Positions 35,540-42,445 of a stretch of 42,445 nucleotides of DNA are shown one piece after another. The translations under genes were made by a program, and so were the position numbers. This DNA comes from a bacterium (lineage in GTDB: Bacteria > Bacteroidota > Bacteroidia > Bacteroidales > Bacteroidaceae), in contig CAVKNF010000002.1 of assembly GCA_963657415.1 (NCBI GenBank), positions 1 through 42,445 of the forward strand, in the 5' to 3' direction. The notes under the pieces were generated by a model, which saw nothing but the letters and a program-made list of their open reading frames with translations, was not told where the DNA came from and made no database searches. Position 1 is the stretch's first letter. The number at the start of each line of letters is the position of its first letter.

Positions 35540-37786
35540 ATGTATATGGATATAAGTGACGGTAAAAAAATAACTTGGTACGATTTGAGTCATGATAAAT
35601 ATGTGTTACGTCAGTCTTTCCGGCTCATCTTTTTGGCTGTTTTTCTCGCTCTCATGTCGCTCTTTCCCCATGCGTCATTAGCCCAGCGCGCGGCATTAGT
35701 CAAGATGTCGCCCACGGCGAGGATGCTCTCCATGCGCGGCAGTCAGTCGTTGGCCAAGGGCGGCAAGCCCGAGGAGTCGCCTCGCGTGATGGCTCTCGTG
35801 AAAGTGAGGGGCGATGTCTCTCGGATGCTTTCTTCCTATGGGTGCACGGTATGGGCCACATTTGACGACATTCTCGCGGTGAGCATCCCTGCAAGCAATC
35901 TCCTTCCCTTGGCATCCCATCCGCAGGTCGCGCGCATAGAGGCCAAACCGTCAGACCGCTTGCAGAATGATGTCATCATGCGCCAGACGGATGTCGCGCC
36001 AGCGCATGAGGGTCTTAATCTGCCGCAGGCGTTCACTGGTCGTGGGGTGGTCATGGGTATACAGGACATAGGTTTTGACCTTACGCATCCCAATTTCTAT
36101 TCTTCCGACATGCAGACATATCGCATAAAGGCGTTTTGGGACATGCTCTCCACCGACACCCTCGGCAGCCGCATGCCCGTGGGACGCGACTACACCGACG
36201 AGACTTCCATACTTGCCTATGCCCACAGTCGCGACTCCGAGATAACGGGCCACGGCACCCACACCCTCGGCACGGCGGCAGGCACGGGTTATGGCACCCG
36301 GTATAGGGGTATGGCATACGATAGTGACATATGTCTGGTATGCAATGCCATAAGCGACAATCAGCAACTCATAGCCGAGAGCGACGAGGAGAAATATGAC
36401 GGTGTGAGCAGTCTGCTCGGATTCAAATACATCTTCGACTATGCCGACTCCGTGGGCAAACCCTGCGTCATATCTTTCAGCGAGGGCAGCCATGAAGACC
36501 TCTATGGCGACAACATGCTCTATAACGAGGTGCTCGGACGCATGGTGGGTCCGGGCCGCATCATAGTGGCTTCGGCGGGCAACAACAATCAGAATGCCAC
36601 CTACATCCGCAAACCGCAGGGTGAGGATAGGGCAGGGGCTTTTTTGGAAATATGGGGCCATCAGTTTTATCTTATGGCGCAGGCCGACCGCGACTTCACC
36701 GCCCGCATGGTGATACACGGTTCGCAGCCTGACACCATCAGCGTCTCCTCCTCATGGCTATGCCAGCAGCCCGACTCGCTGGCGGAGCAGACCGTCACCG
36801 TAGACGGGTGCGACTATAAGGTCACATCGGGTGCCTATCCCTCATGCTATGACCCCAATCGCCTCGTGGTGGAATATCTTATCGAAGGTCCTGACCATAT
36901 GGGCATGACTTCCGTGTGTCCCTTCAGCATAGAGTTCTTAGGCTGTGATGCTGATGTGGAGGCTTACAGCATGAAGGGCAATCTCGTGACGCGCTCCGTT
37001 GACCCGACGCTGTGCCAAGGCGAATGTTCTCACGACATCCACTTTCCCGCCTCTTCGCCCTATGTCATAGCCGTGGGCGCGACGGCTTATACCACGGGTT
37101 ATACCAATGCCGACGGCGACGCGATGCACTATGACTACGGTCACGGAGGAGTGAAGGCCTCGTTTTCGTCCGTAGGTCCTACCGTCGACGGGCGCATCAA
37201 ACCCGATGTCATGGCGCCTGGCACCAATGTGGTGTCCTCGGGCAACAGTTATTTCTTCGAACTCAATCCCGACTCCCGAGAGCAGAGCGACATAGTGGAG
37301 CGTTTCCAATATGACGGCCGCACCTATTGCTGGAAGGCTGACACGGGTACCTCCATGTCGGCCCCAGCCGTGGGAGGAGCCATAGCCCTGTGGCTTGAGG
37401 CGCGTCACGACCTCACGCGCGAAGATGTTATGGATATCTTTGCCCACACGTGTACCCATCCCGACGAGTCGCTGGCATATCCCAACAACCTCTATGGCTA
37501 CGGTCAGATAGATGTCTATCGAGGACTGCTCCACCTATTCGGCATCGACGGCATAGATGACATACGTGCATGCCAGAAGCGTGATGTGAAATTCCTTATG
37601 GCGGGTGGCAATTCCTTGCGCTTGGATTTCCCCAGTCCGCTCACGTCTGATGCTCAGGTGAGAGTATATGCCTCCACGGGTCAGTTGCTTCATGTCGAGT
37701 CAGTTTCTGCAGGTAGCCAGTCGTCCGTTGTCACCCTGCCCGAGGCGGTGAAGGGCATTGTGGCAGTTGAAATATTGAAAGATTAG
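35540..37786 (+). CDS. Subtilisin-like S8 serine peptidase with partial T9SS C-terminal domain
   Basis: D (GIQDIG), H (HGTHTLG), oxyanion N (SAGN), S (GTSMSAP), KPDVMAPG, YGYG; start uncertain (possibly GTG near 35603). Confidence 0.9.
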   Translation: MYMDISDGKKITWYDLSHDKYVLRQSFRLIFLAVFLALMSLFPHASLAQRAALVKMSPTARMLSMRGSQSLAKGGKPEESPRVMALVKVRGDVSRMLSSYGCTVWATFDDILAVSIPASNLLPLASHPQVARIEAKPSDRLQNDVIMRQTDVAPAHEGLNLPQAFTGRGVVMGIQDIGFDLTHPNFYSSDMQTYRIKAFWDMLSTDTLGSRMPVGRDYTDETSILAYAHSRDSEITGHGTHTLGTAAGTGYGTRYRGMAYDSDICLVCNAISDNQQLIAESDEEKYDGVSSLLGFKYIFDYADSVGKPCVISFSEGSHEDLYGDNMLYNEVLGRMVGPGRIIVASAGNNNQNATYIRKPQGEDRAGAFLEIWGHQFYLMAQADRDFTARMVIHGSQPDTISVSSSWLCQQPDSLAEQTVTVDGCDYKVTSGAYPSCYDPNRLVVEYLIEGPDHMGMTSVCPFSIEFLGCDADVEAYSMKGNLVTRSVDPTLCQGECSHDIHFPASSPYVIAVGATAYTTGYTNADGDAMHYDYGHGGVKASFSSVGPTVDGRIKPDVMAPGTNVVSSGNSYFFELNPDSREQSDIVERFQYDGRTYCWKADTGTSMSAPAVGGAIALWLEARHDLTREDVMDIFAHTCTHPDESLAYPNNLYGYGQIDVYRGLLHLFGIDGIDDIRACQKRDVKFLMAGGNSLRLDFPSPLTSDAQVRVYASTGQLLHVESVSAGSQSSVVTLPEAVKGIVAVEILKD

Positions 37787-37852
37787 GACGCAGCACCTAC
37801 TATGATGTCCGTTGGCTACTTGTGTGGGTACGGTGGGGACGTCGTACCTCCT
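37785..37852 (-). repeat. GTAG/GGAG-type REP remnants (half copy plus degenerate full copy)
   Basis: aggacgcagcacctacta (37785-37802) identical to 40731-40748; ggtacggtggggacgtcgtacctcct (37827-37852). Confidence 0.75.
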
Positions 37853-37868
37853 AAGGAATAGTATTCTT

Positions 37869-37901
37869 CTCCCCTCCCTCGGGAGGGGGCAGGGGGAGGG
37901 G
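37869..37901 (-). repeat. CCCTCCC...GGGAGGG palindromic repeat
   Basis: Reverse complement ccctccccctgccccctcccgagggaggggag resembles 40547-40577. Confidence 0.7.
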
Positions 37902-38004
37902 TCTCAACTTTCAACCTTCCACATTAAAAAAATATGCATACATTATATTTAATAGTATCTTTTTTGTAACTTTGGACTCACCTTAACCATAATATCAGTA
38001 GTCT

Positions 38005-38454
38005 ATGGCAGATTATTTCATGACCAACCTCTGGCTCGCATGGCTGATAATAAGCATTGTCTGCGTGATAGTGGAGATGACAAGTTTCGACTTCTTCGTC
38101 ACCTGCTTCGCCATCGGAGCCCTCGGCGCCATGGTGGGCGCCATAGTGGGACTGCCCTTCTGGATGCAGATCATCGTGTGGGCTGTCGTGTCGGTGCTCA
38201 GCATCATGTTCATACGTCCCGCACTGACCAACATCATCCATGCTGGCGGCGACAAGCGGCTAAGCAATGCCGACGCACTCATAGGCAAGGAGGGCAAAGT
38301 CACGGAGACCATCATAGCCGACGGATTCGGATATGTGAAAATCGACGGCGACGAGTGGCGCTCAGTCTCTGCCGACGGTCAGGAGATAGCCAAAGGCGAA
38401 CGCGTGAAGGTCATCTCGCGCGACAGCATCATCCTGACAGTAACCAAACTATAA
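38005..38454 (+). CDS. NfeD-family membrane protein (short form)
   Basis: WLII....IVEM, 3 TM segments, LIGKEG.V, G.VKIDG.EW OB-fold; TAACTTTG at 37967-37974. Confidence 0.9.
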   Translation: MADYFMTNLWLAWLIISIVCVIVEMTSFDFFVTCFAIGALGAMVGAIVGLPFWMQIIVWAVVSVLSIMFIRPALTNIIHAGGDKRLSNADALIGKEGKVTETIIADGFGYVKIDGDEWRSVSADGQEIAKGERVKVISRDSIILTVTKL

Positions 38455-38496
38455 TCACGAAAACTCTAACCCTCTAAACTCTATACACACATTATT

Positions 38497-39450
38497 ATGA
38501 ACTTCCTGACAGTTTTCCTCATCGTGGTGGTCGTCCTGGTGCTCGTGTTCATCAAGAAGACCGTGGTCATCATCCCTCAGTCGGAGACGCGCATCATAGA
38601 GCGACTCGGCAAGTATCACGCCACTCTGCAGCCCGGCATCAACATCATCATACCCTTCATTGACAATGCCAAGACCATCATCACCATGGTGCGCGGACGA
38701 TATATCTACTCCAACAGCATCGACCTGCGCGAACAGGTGTATGACTTCGACAAGCAGAATGTCATCACCAAGGACAACATACAGATGCAGATCAACGCAC
38801 TGCTCTATTTCCAGATCGTAGACCCTTTCAAGTCGGTCTATGAGATAAACAATCTGCCCAACGCCATAGAGAAACTCACGCAGACAACTCTGCGTAACAT
38901 CATAGGCGAACTCGAACTCGACCAGACGCTCACCTCGCGCGACACCATCAACACCAAACTGCGTGCCGTGCTCGATGACGCCACCAACAAGTGGGGCATC
39001 AAGGTCAACCGCGTCGAACTGCAGGACATCACTCCTCCCGAGAGCGTGCTCACTGCCATGGAGAAGCAGATGCAGGCTGAGCGCAACAAGCGCGCCACCA
39101 TCCTCACTTCCGAGGGCGACAAGCAGGCCGTCATCCTCAAGTCGGAAGCCGACAAGACTGCCGCCATCAACCGTGCCGAGGCTGCCAAGCAGCAGGCCAT
39201 ACTCCAGGCTGAGGGCGAGGCTACGGCACGCATACGCAAAGCCGAGGCTGAGGCCGTGGCAATATCCAAGATAACAGAAGCCGTGGGCAAGAGCACCAAT
39301 CCTGCCAACTACCTGCTGGCGCAGAAATACATCAAGATGCTCGAGCAGGTAGCCTCGGGCGACAAGACCAAGACCGTGTACCTGCCTTATGAGGCCACTA
39401 ACCTCATGGGGTCGATAGGCGGCATAAAAGACCTCTTCAAGTCAGAATGA
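38497..39450 (+). CDS. SPFH/Band 7 (stomatin/QmcA-like) protein
   Basis: IERLGKY...L.PG...IIPFID, DLREQ, VITKDN, TTLRNIIG.LELD, WGIKV.RVE, QM.AER, AEAEA coiled coil. Confidence 0.94.
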   Translation: MNFLTVFLIVVVVLVLVFIKKTVVIIPQSETRIIERLGKYHATLQPGINIIIPFIDNAKTIITMVRGRYIYSNSIDLREQVYDFDKQNVITKDNIQMQINALLYFQIVDPFKSVYEINNLPNAIEKLTQTTLRNIIGELELDQTLTSRDTINTKLRAVLDDATNKWGIKVNRVELQDITPPESVLTAMEKQMQAERNKRATILTSEGDKQAVILKSEADKTAAINRAEAAKQQAILQAEGEATARIRKAEAEAVAISKITEAVGKSTNPANYLLAQKYIKMLEQVASGDKTKTVYLPYEATNLMGSIGGIKDLFKSE

Positions 39451-40517
39451 AAATCGCAATCATGACTGGGGCACGCCCAAACTTCATCAAGGTGGCACCC
39501 CTCATCAAGGCTATAGCCAAAGCAAAGGCCGCTGGCACAGACGTGGACTACGCTCTGCTCTATGCCGGCAGCAACAGTGATAAATCTCTCGAGGGTTCGC
39601 TCTTCGACGACCTGCAGATGCCGCGCCCCGACGTCTGCTTCGGAGTCGACAGCACCGACACCATAGAGATAACAAGCCGCGTCATGGAGGAGATGGAGCA
39701 CTATCTCACTAATAATCCATGCGACGTGGTAATAGTAGTCGACGACCTCGCATCCACCATGGCAGCAGCCATAGTGGCAAAGAAACACGGCATACGACTG
39801 GCACACCTCGTGGCAGGCACACGCAGTTTTGACATCAACATGCCAAAGGAAATCAACCGTCTGGTCATCGACGGACTCTCCGACTATCTCTTCACCGCAG
39901 GGGTGAGCATAGGCACCACAGCCACGCCGGCAAAGATATATAATGTGGGCAACATCCTCATCGACACTCTGCGACAGAATATGTCCCGCTTCCGTCGTCC
40001 GCATATCCTTGATGACCATCAGATAGACGACTCTGCCTACATCGTGCTCACCATCAACCGCAAAGCGCTCATCTCTTCTGGCGCCAAACTGCAGTCTATG
40101 GTGCAGACCATCGCTTCGCATGCCGCAGGTCTGCCCGTCATAGCGCCTCTGCGCAAGGCAGCTCGTGAGGAGGTGGAGAAATCCTGTGCCGGTAACATCA
40201 TCCTCGCTGACCCGATGCCCTATCTGGAGTTCGGCTATCTCACATCGCATGCCCGACTCATCATCACCGACAGCGGCAACATAGCAGAGGAGGCCACCTT
40301 CAACGGCATACCATGCATTACGCTCAACAACTACACCGAGCACATCGAGACCGTGAAGCAAGGCACCAACATCCTCGTCAACGAAGACGTCAACCTCTTG
40401 GCGCAGACTCTCGACTCCATCCTGCAGGGCAACGTCAAGTCGTCATCCATCCCCGACTGTTGGGACGGACGCACCTCCGAGCGCATACTGCAGACACTGC
40501 TAAATGTTGAAATGTGA
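39447..40517 (+). CDS. UDP-N-acetylglucosamine 2-epimerase-like protein with non-canonical active site
   Basis: GARPNFIKVAP, AG.RSFD..MP.EINR, VGN..ID, ITDSG...EE, PCITL; ATGA overlap with the SPFH gene. Confidence 0.85.
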   Translation: MKIAIMTGARPNFIKVAPLIKAIAKAKAAGTDVDYALLYAGSNSDKSLEGSLFDDLQMPRPDVCFGVDSTDTIEITSRVMEEMEHYLTNNPCDVVIVVDDLASTMAAAIVAKKHGIRLAHLVAGTRSFDINMPKEINRLVIDGLSDYLFTAGVSIGTTATPAKIYNVGNILIDTLRQNMSRFRRPHILDDHQIDDSAYIVLTINRKALISSGAKLQSMVQTIASHAAGLPVIAPLRKAAREEVEKSCAGNIILADPMPYLEFGYLTSHARLIITDSGNIAEEATFNGIPCITLNNYTEHIETVKQGTNILVNEDVNLLAQTLDSILQGNVKSSSIPDCWDGRTSERILQTLLNVEM

Positions 40518-40518
40518 A

Positions 40519-40577
40519 ACCCCTCCCTAACCCTCCCCAGGGAATAACCCCTCCCTGACCCCTCCTCAGGGAGGGGA
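40519..40577 (+). repeat. Two tandem CCCTCCC-family palindromic repeats
   Basis: acccctccctaaccctccccaggga and acccctccctgacccctcctcagggagggga. Confidence 0.7.
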
Positions 40578-40593
40578 TAAAAGATGGTATTCA

Positions 40594-40847
40594 TTAGGAG
40601 GTACGGCGCCCTCGCCGTACCCATTCGCTAACAAGAGATATTATTTGAGAAATTGTTTCTTGCTACTGGTACAGCGAGGGCGCTGTACCTCCTAAAGTTA
40701 CCATTTTTCTCGTCAGCGATGGGTGCAGCGAGGACGCAGCACCTACTACGAAATGCAAACTATAGTAGGCGAAGCGTCCCCGCTTTGCCCCTCAAACAAG
40801 CAAAGGCAAAGAAGGAGGTACGGCGCCCTCGCCGTACCAGTAGCAAG
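40594..40847. repeat. BIME-like cluster of five GTAG/GGAG REP hairpins
   Basis: Copies at 40597(+), 40668(-), 40722(-), 40765(+), 40814(+); 35-bp inverted repeat 40659-40693 / 40813-40847. Confidence 0.85.
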
Positions 40848-40984
40848 CATATAATAATTAAATAATGTTATACGCGCGTGAAATGCCGTCGCGGGATTTG
40901 GCAGAACAACATTTTGTTGTTAATTTTGCATATACAAAGGGTATATCCCGAAAACAAGAGAACAATAAGTTAACTTTTAAATAA

Positions 40985-42307
<1,323 letters not shown>

Positions 42308-42327
42308 TCACGCAAATTTAGTGTACA

Positions 42328-42405
42328 TACATTATATATATTAAGTATACATTATATATATAATAAGTATACGTACATTATATATATTAGCGTACGTACA
42401 TTATA
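42328..42405. repeat. Four direct TACATTATA(TATA) repeats in the eno 3' region
   Basis: Copies start at 42328, 42348, 42374 and 42397. Confidence 0.8.
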
Positions 42406-42410
42406 ACAAT

Positions 42411-42445
42411 AAAGGAGGATGCCTCGCAAGAGGCGTCCTCCTTTT
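42411..42445 (+). terminator. Intrinsic terminator of eno
   Basis: ggaggatgcctc-GCAA-gaggcgtcctcc followed by tttt (window end). Confidence 0.88.

Noticed and set aside
42328..42405. Mini-CRISPR or dif-like site after eno
   Set aside because: Repeats are 9-13 bp with 7-13 bp related linkers; no XerD arm (TTATGTTAAAT).

Overview
Chromosomal window from a Bacteroidales bacterium, most likely Prevotellaceae (TAnnTTTG promoter boxes, gene order, Prevotella-type T9SS tail). It is mostly housekeeping: dacB, tRNA-His, a secG/TPR/lptE/sigma54-activator/pdxA-like/rlmN operon, a GT2 / DUF4922::SpoIID / ampG operon, aguA/aguB, a C69 dipeptidase, Nif3/zinc-ribbon, pafA, holA, pyrK/pyrD, aroC, slyD, an S8 protease, nfeD/SPFH/wecB-like and eno. 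An accessory block at about 12.1-18.2 kb holds a polyvalent-type kinase, a lipoprotein, a secreted protein/GLPGLI/beta-barrel trio, yhcH and DUF3791. Best leads: (1) a 65-aa ORF nested in the +1 frame of the kinase N-terminus, with a G GGA AAA heptamer that would join the two frames (candidate overlapping toxin-antitoxin or frameshift system); (2) a HxHxQ phosphorylase fused to a signal-less SpoIID domain between GT2 and AmpG; (3) a well-formed ~105-nt sRNA; (4) three intact but catalytically eroded proteins (PdxA-like, FetA-like ABC, WecB-like); (5) an 800-bp AT-rich repeat-bearing region before an XRE gene; (6) several REP-like and tandem repeat families. No CRISPR, integrase, transposase or rRNA was seen. 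All family calls come from motif recognition, not database searches.
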